From the NCBI RefSeq assembly GCF_009914755.1, contig NC_060925.1: a stretch of DNA of 64,000 nt, one strand, 5' to 3'. Position numbers and translations under genes: made by a program. The DNA comes from the human T2T-CHM13v2.0 reference genome, Homo sapiens. Shown one piece after another: positions 27,141-42,294 of this stretch. Under the pieces are notes generated by a model. It was given only the letters and a program-made list of their open reading frames with translations, was not told where the DNA came from and searched no databases. Position 1 is the first letter of the stretch; the number at the start of each line of letters is the position of its first letter.

Positions 27141-28944
27141 AAAATAGAGAGAAGAGCACATCAAAACAAGAAATTGGCTAATAGCACCAAAATAATTGAC
27201 CAGCATAGAAGCCATCAGGTCCTGTCTCATAAAATAGCTTTTTGGGTTGTAGGACTTTAAGTCTACAATCATCATGTTGCTGCAGATGACTGATGGACAG
27301 CAAATATTTGTTTGAGGCCTTCCCATGCCTTCCCTAAGATTCTGTGCAGCTTATTTAAGTCATGAACCAAACAAAAACCTCAGTAAAATACTATTTTTAT
27401 CCTTACTCCTCCCACAAAATATAAATCAGGACATAAAGCGAGAGCCATCTGCTGAGGAAGTCCTGACCAAGCAGGTTCCCAAGGCCCCCCTCATCTATAT
27501 TCACAGCTCCAGGGCTTCTCTGGGCTTTGAGGTCATTGAGCTGCTGACTGGAGCAATCCCACAGCCTCATGTGGCCAGAAAAATGTTTGTGGAGACAAAA
27601 ATTATACTATAAAATTATAATCCCTTCCCATATAATTGCATTGAATAATACAAACAGGAGAATGAACCAGTGTAAAACATTCTAGGGAGGAGAAGCACTC
27701 CAGAATGGTGGCATGAGGAGCTGTGCAAAGTCTCCCCAGAAAAACAACTGTAACAAGTAAGTCAAATTTGCAAACAAACAAACAAACAAACAAAAAAACA
27801 AAGTCTCAGAAAATTATCTTAAGCAAATGGAAAAAGAATTTATGCAAGAAAATCTATGAAATCTTGGTGAGAACAGTGGGCATCTGTGGCATCTGAGCAA
27901 TGGCCCCACTCTCTTCCCGCCTCCAGCCCTGTGTGATGGAAGTCTCTGGACAGATACAGCCAAGAATAGGAGGCACAGTCAGGGGTCTGTCTTTACTTGG
28001 AATAAAGTGTGAGGGAAGTTCAAGCCTGAAGGCACTGTGAAAATAATGGAGATTTTAGCTAAGAAGCACCTTTCTAGAGTATAAGCCAGCCTCAAAGACT
28101 GGCCTTAAAAACTATCCCTGCAAAGGGTTCATGCATTATTTGATCATATTTTGGGACAATTTTAAGATCCATGACATTGTTGAAAACAAGAGGGCAATCA
28201 GCTAGCAGTTGGTAAAGGTTAATGTCTAGGTGTGATACCAATAGAGAGATACCAGCCAGAAACTCACAATGAGATAAGGGACATCAGCGAAAGACACTGT
28301 CAGAGAGGTCAGGTAAAAGCACTGTTATCCCTGGGATGGGAGGAGGGAGTCAAGGTGAATATGCATGCCCAAAGTTGCACCCTCTGAGAAGGGACACTCC
28401 AGGCTCTACACTGTAGGAGAAAAATAGACCTCAATGGACAGAGCCCTAAAATATATGAAGCAATAACTGACAGAATGGAAGGGAGAAACAGACGATTTAA
28501 CTATAATAGTTGGAGGTTTCAAAATCTCACTTTTAATAATGGAGAAAATAAGTAGGCAGAAGATAAACAAAGATATATGACTTGAACAGCACTATAAACC
28601 AGTTAGCCTTAACATACATCTCTAGAACACTCTACCCAATAGCAACAGAATACACATTTATCTCAAGCACACATGGTACATTTTTTAAGACAGACCATAG
28701 GTTAGGTCAAAAAACAAAACTCAATAAATTTAAAGGGATTGAAATCATGCAAAGTATGTTCTCTGACCTTGAGAGAATGAAATTTAAAATAAAACCTAAC
28801 AGGAGGAAACTTGGGAAATTCACAGATATGTAAAATTAAGCCACACACTTCTAAGTATCCAATAGGGCAAACAAGAAATTACAAGGGACATTATAAAATT
28901 CTTAGAGATAAATGAAAATTTATAAAAAGAAAGTAAAACGAAAC

Positions 28945-29110
28945 AGCCAGGTGCTATGGCATGCTCAAATCCTGGGCTCAAGTGATCCTTTCACCTCAGC
29001 CTCCCAAGTACCTGGGATTATTACTCCCAAGTACCAGGAGTTTGAGACCATCCTGGGTAACAGAGCAAGGCCCCGTCTAAACTTAAACTTAAAATTAAAA
29101 CAAATAAACA
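28945..29110 (+). mobile_element. Alu monomer (FLAM-like) with an internal inversion, nested in L1M
   Basis: Sense start (gccaggtgc), antisense middle 28964-29020, sense end (caggagtttgagaccatcctggg...ccccgtct). Confidence 0.75.
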
Positions 29111-30426
29111 AAAGCCTCATATTTTGGGATGAAGCAAAACTAGTGCTTATAAATACAATTTATAGCCATAAACACCTTTAATATAAAAAAGGCCCAAATC
29201 AACCTTAAGAAACTTGAAAAAGAAGAACCAACGAAACGTAAATTAAGCAGGCTGAAGGAACTAATAAATGTCAAGTCAGGAATTAATGAACTAGAGAATA
29301 GAAATACATAAGGAAAAAAAAATCAATGAAACTGAAACTTATTTTCTATTTTTGAAATCAACCAAAGTGACAAGACTTTAGGGCAAATGAACAAGAGAAA
29401 AAGAAAGAGGACTCAAATTACTATAATTGAGAATGAGAGATTAGATCTCACTGTCAACATTATGGAATGAAAAAGATTAGAAAGAAATATTTTTAAAGAA
29501 TTTTTAAAAAATGATTACTTAGACAAAATGGATAAATTCCTATAAAGACCCAAATAAAAAATAGAAAATATGAATTAGACCTATATAAAACAAAATAGAT
29601 AATTTTAAAACTCCTTGAAAAAAGCCAATGTCCAGTTCCTTCACTGGTGAATTCTAACAAATATTTTAAAAATTAAGATGAATTATTCACAAACACTTTC
29701 AAAAATAGAATAGGAGATGCATTTCCAGTGTATTCTATGAGGTCAGTATTACTCTGATACAAAAACTGGAGAAAGAAATTACAAGAAAAAAATACAAACC
29801 AATATTGCAAATGAATATAGACCAAAAATCTTCAATAAAATATTACCAAACTGGATCCAGTAAGACGCAAAGAGTAATTTACAATAAACAAGTGTGATTT
29901 ATCACAGGAATGCAAGGTTGTTTTAAAATATGAAATTCAATCACTGTCTTATGCCATATTCATAAAATAAAGAATAAAAACCACATGATTATTCCAATAT
30001 GTGCAGTGAATGTATCTCAACAAATTGCAAAAGCTTGTAAAGAAAAAGGAAAAGTTCTCATCTTGATAACGAACACCTATTAAAAAAAAAACCCTGCAGT
30101 TAGCATCATTAATGGTATTTTTTCCCCTAAGATCAAGAATAAGACCAGAATCTCTGTTCTTGCCACTTCTATTCCATCCACATTGTATTGAAAGTACTAG
30201 TCAGGCCAATTAGATTAAAATAAATAAATAAATTTTATTCATATTGTAAAGACAGAAGTAATATGATCTCTTTTCACAGACAACATGACCTTGTATATAA
30301 AAATGTCTAAAGAAATCACTAAATACCTATTGCAATTAATAAGCAAGTTCAGTAAGCAAAGATCAATCTAAAAAATTAATTATCTTTCTATAGTCTAGCA
30401 ATGGACAATGAAAATAAAATCTGAAA

Positions 30427-30762
30427 ATTAATGGCATTCACAGCAACCTGGATGGAATTGGAGAATATTATTCTAAGTGTAATAACTCAGTAATGGAAAG
30501 CCAAACATTGTATGTGCTCATTCAAAAGTGGGAGCTAAGCTATGAGGATGCGAAGACATAAGAATGACACAATAGACTTTTAGGACTCAGCAGGAAAGTG
30601 TGGGAAAGGGATGAGGGATAAAATACTCCAAGGTGGGTTCAGTGTACACTGCTCGGGTGATGGGTGCACCAAAAGCTCACAAATCACCACTCAAGAACTT
30701 ACTCACGTAACCAAATACCACCTGTTCCCCAAAAACCTATGAAAATAAAAAATTTTAAAAAA
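30427..30762 (+). mobile_element. L1PB-type 3' end nested in the older L1M
   Basis: gtgggagctaagctatgaggatgc...gtgtacactgctcgggtgatgggtgcaccaaaa...cacctgttccccaaaaacctat matches my recall of the L1PB1 3'UTR. Confidence 0.82.
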
Positions 30763-33700
30763 GGTATCAAAAATAATTTTTAAATGTAGAAATACATTTT
30801 ATAAAAGATGTACAAAACTTATGAAAACAACAAAACTGTTTTGAAGGGAATTGAAGACATTTAAATAAATAGAAAGATATCCCATGCTCATGAATCAGAA
30901 GACTTAAATTATGAAGATGACAAGATTCCCCAAATTGATCTACAGATTCAATGAATTTCCTAACAAATTCCCAGCTGGCTTTTTCAAAACTTGATAATCT
31001 GATCATACAACTGATATTAAAAATGCAAGAGACACAGAATGGCAGAACAATCTTGAAAAAGAAAAACAAGTGTCAGGACTCACGTTTCTCGATTTCAACA
31101 CTTTAAAGCTACAATAATCAAAACCATGTGGTACTAACACAAAGATGAACAAACAGACTATAAAATAGATTGAGAATAGAGAAATAAACATTTACATGTA
31201 TGGTCAATTGATTTTTGACAATGCTGCCAACAATTCAATGGAGAAAGAATCGTTTTTTAAGAAATGGTACCCGGACAACTGGATATCCACATGCCAAAAG
31301 ATGAAGATGGATGCCTTCCTCATATCATACATAAAAATTAACTCAGAATGAATCTTAGACCTTAATGTGACAGCTACAACTATAAATTCCTAGAATAAAA
31401 TTTAAGAGAAAATTCTTATAGTATTTTATTAAGTAATGGTTTCTAGGTACAATACCAAAACCACAAACTGTAAAAGAAAAATAGATGCATTGGACTTCAT
31501 CAAATTAAACAACTTTATGCTTCCTATGACACAATCAAGAAAGTGACAAGAAAATCCATAGAATGGGAGAAAATAGTTTTAAATGATGTATTTGATGAGG
31601 AGTTAATACCCAGCATAAAGAATTCTTAGTATTCAACAATAAAAACACAACAAGGCAATTAAAAAATGGGAAAAATCTTTAAGTAGACATGTACCCAAAG
31701 AAAATGTGCAAATGGCCAATAAGCATATTAAAAGATCCTCAATATCATTAGTCATATAGAAAATGTAAATCAAAACCATGATGAGATACAACTTTACACC
31801 CAGTAGGATGACTAAAAATGACAAGACGTAACCAGTGTTGGCTACAATGTAGAGAAATGGGAACCTTAACATATTGCTTGTGAGCTTGTAAAATTGTACA
31901 GCTACTTTGGAAAACATTCTAGCAGTTCCTCAGGATAGTAAACATAGATTTACCATATGACACTCAACAATTCTACTCTTTTATTATACCCAAGAGAAAT
32001 GAAAATATGTCGACAAAAATTTCGTACCTGAATATTCTTGGCAGCACTATTCATAATTATGAAAAATCAGAAACATCCCAAATACGAATTAACTGTTGAA
32101 TGGATAAACAAATTGTGATATATTCATACAACAGAATATTCAGCAATAAGACATGAAATACTGATATATGCCACAATATGGATGAAACTTGAGAATATTA
32201 TGCTAAGAAAGGAGACAGTCACAAATGAAAACATTGTGTAATTTCCTTTATATGTAATGATCAAAATAGATATACATGCAAACAAGAAAACGTAGATTAG
32301 GGCATGTGGTTTTTGCATGGACAATGAAAATATTTTAAAATTATGTAGTGGTGATGGTTGCAAAATTTTGTGAATATATTAAAACTATTGACTTGTACAC
32401 TTCAACAAGTAAATTTTAAGGTATTTGAATTACATCTCATAAAGCTTTAATAGCAAGTAAGCAAACAAACATAACACCTGAGGAAACTCTATTTGATTCT
32501 CAAACACTGAAATGTTTTTCTTGGCGATTCTTATTTACATAAAAGCCTGTAAGAGCCACTATGATGATAAGCACTTTACATATATATTTTCACTTAATCT
32601 CACTTAATAACTATAGCAACTCCATGAACTGAGTGTATTGTTTTCCCTGCTTCGTAGATGATATAACAGACACTGAGAAAGGTTAAAGCCATTGGTCGAA
32701 TTCACATTATTACTAAATCTCACAACCAAGTTATTGTTCTTAACCATTGTGTTGTTGTACTGTTCACTCCACCCTAGCACCTCAGATAGGACACTTAGAT
32801 GCTTTTGACTGTGAAGGACCTACATCACTAGATGTTGTGCACAATTCCTATGCTCCTTAGAGAAATTTCAGAATTCCAGTAACAGTAGTGGCACAAAGGA
32901 GATTTTGGCTGACCAACAGTATGTTTGGAATAATAAACTAATTGCTTGTTAGCTCTAACTTTTTGGCATGAAGAGAGGTACAATAAGCATGCAGTTCAAA
33001 CAACTCACAGTGCTCTATGTTTTCTCTTTCTTTTCAAATATGACAACTTATCAAATAATAATATTCATTTTTTAAGGTGTCTTTATGGGTTCTCCTTTGT
33101 TACTTATGCAATGATGCATGGTGTAGGTTGCAAACCCACAAATCATAATATTGAACCCAACAGAAAAGAAGTTATCAACACCAACTAATGACAATTAACA
33201 AAATAAAGTGATGAAAAGTAATCAACAGATCATTTTATGTACTCTTTCAAATTAATAAACAATTGGGTTCAAGTTTGCCTTTTAAGTAGAATTACTCAAT
33301 TCAAAGCCCCACAAAAGTATGTATAAGGACACAACTTACAATTCAAAGGGATGCCAAAGTCATACAGATCAATGAAGTCTTTGCAGATTAATAAAGTGAT
33401 GGCTCAAGAAACTCTTCTTTCTTCAATGTCACAAAACTAAGCAGAGATAGAACCAGAGCTAGAATCTAAGTCTCCTGGTTTCCAGCCTAGTTGCAATGTT
33501 GCTCTCTCCCGTTTAATCCCAATGGACTCAGAACAATAATATAATGTGGGTACATTCAGCTTTTATTTATACTTGACAAAGTAGAAAACAATTTCTTATC
33601 AAATGTTGAAGTAAAAGGAATGTTGATTAGTCAACATTTTATGAAGATTTATTAATTTTGTCTCAGTTATTCTTACATTTATTTAAACATTGATTACCTC

Positions 33701-36700
33701 TCTCTTTCTCAAGAAAACAATCTTTCTCTGGCTCCCTAACTGTAGTACCAAAATATAGGAGTTTATTTTACTAATAGTACAGAATTAAGGAAGACAGCTA
33801 AAGATTAGAGAAAGGGATGCTGTAAGAGATCACTGGAGAAATCGAGAAAATAAGATGTTAAAAACCTAAAAAATAATATTCTCAACATACAGAGAGAAAG
33901 TTCACTTAAAAACAAACTTTGAAATGTAAACAGAACCCTCTTTTTTTCTAGCAATAATGCTGAAATAGTACAAATCCCATCATCAAATATCACAGGGCAG
34001 CAATTACTTGTGTAATATGACAACATTAGTCTAAGTTCTTAAAGCAGAGAGAGTATCACAAGAAGCTATTTATGTTACATGTTAGGCTCTTTTGGCATTA
34101 ATTCTCATTGGGTTTGGCATCATTTCCAATCCACAGAATTGACAGGATATGACATCGTAAACTGTATTTTCTAGAATTTCTTTGTGAATAATTGTATAAC
34201 ATTCCTTTGATTGTTACTTTCTATTTGTTGATGAATCCTTTTATATTTTGATTACTTTGTCCCCAAGCTAGATTGTTCCTCTTTCTTCTTAATCTGAATA
34301 TAGCTAATGGATAATTACAAATTAGTGGAATGTGCTTCTGATATAATCTGTAATCACTTATTTCAATAGTGGCAACAAATTCTAATCTTAAAATCTGATG
34401 GTAAGTATGTGGTCTTTAATAAAATCCAATGAGAACAGTAAATAAAAAAAACAACTTAAGTGAAAAAAAAAAAGACTTTATGGCAAATTTTTAAAAATGA
34501 CTTTTTTTCAGCTACTTTCCTAAGAGGAAGAATTGTAAGACATTACTCATTCATTCACTCATTCATTCATCGTTTATATTGTTCTTTATTCAAGCCATTA
34601 AGGTTTACATTGTCTAATATTTTTTGACTTGCTTCTCACCTTCACCTTCATTAATATTGCAATCGAATAGAATGTGAGTAAAAAAATATGTACCTCGATT
34701 ATTTTTCTTTGACTTCCAAGACACGGATTTAAACTATATATGCATATATGGTGTATGGTGTATTTGCTATTTATATAAAGAAACACATCATATATATATG
34801 ATTTATAGATGTAATATATCATTTTAAATAAAAGTAATCTATTTTCATTATAAAAAATTCTGGAAGATGCGGACAGTTGTTTTTAACTATCTATGCTCCC
34901 AGCACTTAGAATTACCCAATCTTAATACTTTTATTTATTTTCCTCTAGCCTAAATAAATGTCTGAAATAAAGGTTATATGTTTACTTTCCATCCTCATCA
35001 TAACCAAGTGGAACTGTACTGCCACAGAGTCACAATAATATAAAGATCATTTTCTAACACAGCAGCCAATTAACATGATGAAAAGTCTAAGGGTAGCATA
35101 AAGCTTGATCTTTATGAATTTGAAGTGGCATGCTCAGTTTAGACAGATTAATTAAAACAACCAGGTACATGTTCTTATCATATTCGATTCACATCTTCCA
35201 GTATTAAGGTTGTATTAGGTTTTAAAAATGAGGAATTAATCCAGAGAGGTGCTAATTAAATGTAAATAAAGGCCATTATCAACTTCTCAATGGAACTCAA
35301 CTGGTATTATTATATCAAATAAAACTGGTGTCAATCAGATGCCCAGGTGCATGACCTCTTAATTTTCAGCTTTAGGTTTTTCAAAGAACCATTATTGACT
35401 AGATAAATTTAATTACATATTCATAGAAAGGTTTGCTGACCATTTTCTTGGATAGCACAGAATATGCTGCAACATAACTATTTATTCCCTCAAAACAAAG
35501 GTTTGTTTCATCAACAAAATGACTTTAGACTATAATTCATATCAAGCTGTTCAGTTCACCCAGAACATTCCTGGAGTACAATTATGGATTTTTTTCCAGG
35601 AAAGTGATCCAAGGAAATTTCACATTTTACAAGTGTGTGCTATGAAATATGCTCTTACTCGCCTTTCTCACTCAATTTTGTTTGAACATATCTAAGTGTC
35701 CATAGGTATTAAAAATGAATATTCCATATCAATTTCATAGATATATGAAGCAAAATGACTTTTTTCTGTGAAAAGAAAAAAGGGATTCAAATGACAGAAT
35801 TCTGGTCTTGAAAATGAATGTTTTTGAAAAATAGTCTTGAAATATTATGATTAATAATAATTAGCCTAGGCTAAATAGTATTACCATTTGTTTGCCATTG
35901 TTTAGAAAAGTGGAAAATTGCAGTTATAATTGTTCTCCTCTTATTTTAACTACTCTTTATTGCTTGCACTAAGCATATGGTTGATTACGATGTTTGATGA
36001 ATTTCAGAAGTTGAGGTTGCCTCTAAGACCCAAACTTTTAGGTTGTTTTTAAGTTCTCTATAAAACCATGACCATACTTAATTGTTGGTGTAAGTCAAGT
36101 TAGAGCATTTTGTTTTATCTAATTATTGGGTATCTTTCACATTTCCTTACATTAAAGATCTGCTACCTGAATAATGCTGTTTTAAACATAAGCATCCAAA
36201 TAATACAACTACCTAGTAATGTTGTAAGTTCTCAACAAACGTTTATTATTTTGAATGGATTTAGAAGCTCTCAAGGAGCTTAAATGTCAGACAGTGAGAC
36301 AAAAATAAAGCAAACAAAAAACATTCCTAATGCAAACACAATAAGATACTTTAATAGAACAGTCTTATAAAAACTGAAGCCATCCCATAACTACATTGGT
36401 AAGAAGAAAACTTACATTTGTGATATGTTTACCCTCTCTGGAAGTAGAACTAATTATCTCCATGTGCTTTCTCCATAGGTTTCTGGAACTGAAATAATAA
36501 CATCATGTCTTGTTATTGGAACAATATATCAAAAGACAAGCAAATATAAAGCTAATTCTCTGTGGAATGATACTTTCAAGTTGGAATTTATGTTACATTA
36601 ACCTATTGTTTGAGAGGTTATATATGATGATATTTTTGCCTTAAATATTATTTGACTAGTGTGGGTTTACCAAGCTAACTATGCCAATAAAGAAATTCTG

Positions 36701-39296
36701 GAATATACTTTCTGTTACATACTTTGAAGGATTTTTCTCAGTGAGATAAACTAACAAGTCTAATTACTTCCAAGTCTTTAGGACATTTTTCAATTAGATC
36801 TTAAGCCAAATAAAGCTATCAATAGCACGTCTTTAAGCCTAGGGATGGAGATTTTGGCTCACTCTTAGACCAGAGAGAGAAGGTCAGGTATGTTGCTTCC
36901 CCCAGGCTTTCTATCTTTCCTAAGCCTGCTAATGAGAGCTTCACCAGATGAGGAAATTCCTTATTTGGTGTAATCCAAAATCAGAGAATTTACAGACATG
37001 ACTAATCGAAGATTATAGGCAAAGATTGTAGGCAAAGATTGTTGATGAAAAACACATTACTTTTGGATCAGTTAAATCTAGGTATAAACTTTGTTTCTGC
37101 TACTTACTAGCTGGGTGACCTCAGGGAAGTTGTTTACCTCCTCTGAAACGTAAGGATAATAATGACTACTATTTAAGGTTATTGTAAGAATATCATGTAA
37201 CTACCTAGGATGGTGTCTGGCATTCAAAAAAAAAGGATCAGAAAATGTTACCCATATTTTTATTTGATCAATAATGTATATAATATAAACTTAATGTTTT
37301 AAGGGAGTAGAAATAGTAGAAATGTTTTGAGAGAGTAGCAATACTTTCACACATACATTATTAAAAACAATAACAGCAACGTCAAAAACCTCCCAAAAAT
37401 ATACTATAAAAGACAAACCCAAGTAGAGAAATGGTGCATTGCTAATGTATTATTGCTAATGGTGACATGTTAAGTATTTTAAAGATTCCAGTAAACGCAA
37501 TGCAGGGATTTTTAAATAAGACTCTATGGTAGCCTATTAAAAAGAAAGGTATCTCCATGAAGAAAAGTTAATGACATTTGGAAACTGATTTGTGGAGTGA
37601 AAATGCAGAATTTCTGTAGAAATGGGTGACTCATAAAGGGTAGTAAGAACCCATGATAAATTGAAGAAGAATCCTTATTGCGGGAAATATCAAGCTTGAA
37701 AGCTTTGCAAGTAAAAGGAAGAGAAAACAGAAAAGAAAGACAAGCAGAAAGCAACCCAAGTCTTGCTAAAGTGTATAGACATAGGCAACTCTGCTCAGCG
37801 AAGCCAAATGAAGCCAGGGTGCTCAGGGCCAACAGAGCACTTTATGTAAAGGGCCAGGAGATGGAGAGTGAACTTTGAAACACTCACTTACCAGAAAATC
37901 CAAGAAGGTCCTAGTCGGTAAACATAAGCTCTTTTTCATCAGTAAATGCATTTTGTATATTCTTATTACTCATGAGACTAGCGTACTGTTAACCTACAGA
38001 AATAACTTATGTTTTATTATTATTATACTACAATTAATTACAGAAAGTGACCTTGACTATAGTATTTGAGACTGTTCTTAGGCAAGTGTTATTTAATAAA
38101 AAGAGAGAAAGGACTTTTGGTAAATCATGTAATTTTAGTTCTTGGGGATAAAAGGCCAAATGAAATTCATAATACTCCTAGAAACCTAACTCAAATAGGA
38201 AAAAACTTTCTCATATGACTTTGGATGTTTTTCTACTTCATGAGTCTTTTCTGTGCATTTGACTAGTACGATCCTTCCCCAATCACAAATAATATATATA
38301 TTTTAAAATCTCATTCAATCAGTCTCATGTCATTCACATAGAGTGTATTGTTCTGAACTAGTCATTTGATTGGTGATGATGGATGCTTTGCCAGAATGAG
38401 TTAGGTCATACAAAATAGGGAAGTGGTTATTTGGAAAATGAAAAGTAACAGAGATTATATAACTCAACTCACTATATTCAGGATGAGTTTTACCTTTTTA
38501 ATCACATTTATTCAAAGGGATTTTTAAAACTTCTCATTTATAGTACAAAAGTAAGGAATTAAGATAATGACAAATCCTGATACTCAAAGAAAATATTCTA
38601 AATAGAAGAAAGGTAAGAATAATACTTTTATTGAGTATAATTATCAAGTTTTACCTTAGGGGTGGATGGATAGGAAAAGGACACTCCACATTGATTTTAA
38701 TTTATTTCCATAAGACCACAGTTACATATTAACAGTCTAATATCAATGCAAACTTTTCAAATGCTAAATCAAGAAGTGCTTTTTAGCAATTTATAATGCT
38801 TTTTATATTTATAATTTGCAGAAAACTAAAGTAAGGGGGTTTTATCATATAATTCCCATATACCAGTACACAGGGCACTGCCTTCTGTGAATTAAGTGAA
38901 ATATTTCTTCAGTGATTCCATCTTTTCTATCTTCGCCTTTTCTAAATTTCAGCAGCTCCTCTTCTCTTTTCTCTTTTCCTTTTTCCCAGCATTTCTAACA
39001 ATTCTAATATATATTTTAAAAGATTTATCAAGAAAAAAATACTGAAAGCTTTTCTTTAAATTCTAGAACAACTGCACTTTGGAATAAATTACAAAATTGA
39101 TATATTTCTATCAAAGACACAGTTAGCACTTTGAAAATTATTAGGTTCAAAAATTATCAGATTCTTACACGGAAATGTAAGAGCAAAAAATTTTTTTAGT
39201 CCAAAGTCAAAGAGAAGATTTAATAAGCTATATGAAGAGAAACTATAAATATTTTAAACAAATAACATTATTAATTTTTAAAAGAATAATTTTATA

Positions 39297-39695
<399 letters not shown>

Positions 39696-39799
39696 TTATT
39701 TCTTTATTCCCTAGCTTACTGACATTCCGGAAGTTATTTTACTCCAATAAGCCTCAGCTTACTCATCTGTAAAATTGTAATATCATTGTATCATTTTGA

Positions 39800-40232
<433 letters not shown>

Positions 40233-40432
40233 AGGAATTTTAAAAGGTCATAATAGATGTGTCCTTAGAATATAGTTATGTTGAAATTTCTGTTTGTATA
40301 GAAAAAAACTATATAATCTAAAAGGAATAAATGCTTCAAGAATTCTAAGGAAAAGATATTTCAAAAATCAACATTTATTTTTTCAGTGGTATATCCTGGT
40401 TTTATTTTCTTAAGAGAATTACAATTATATTA

Positions 40433-40487
40433 TTATGTTGGTACAAAAGTAATGGCGGTTTTTGCCATTACTTTTGCACCAACCTAA
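40433..40487. mobile_element. MADE1 (Hsmar1-derived MITE), internally deleted
   Basis: ttatgttggtacaaaagtaatggcggtttttgccattacttttgcaccaacctaa, flanked by TA on both sides. Confidence 0.9.
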
Positions 40488-40677
40488 TATTAATACTACT
40501 TTGTTTAGCAAAGATGGAATTTACTTGCTAATGATCTTTTATCAGGTCACTCTTCACACAGTAGCATTTATTGTTTTGACCCTGGGAAATAGGTGAGCTT
40601 GTATTCTGTGAAGCCTCTGACCTTTCTCCTTTCCAGTATCTGCTCTTATGTTTTTCAAGGCTATTATCATCTTTTAA

Positions 40678-42294
<1,617 letters not shown>

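Larger units (their letters stand above)
27690..32447 (+). mobile_element. Large decayed L1M (L1MB-like): 5' region, ORF2 remnants and 3'UTR
   Basis: ORF 28582..28833 (YISRTLYPIATEYTFISSTHGTFFKTDHRLG) is L1 endonuclease-like. RT-region remnants follow. 3'UTR tagtggtgatggttgcaaaattttgtgaatat...ataaagct. Confidence 0.88.
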
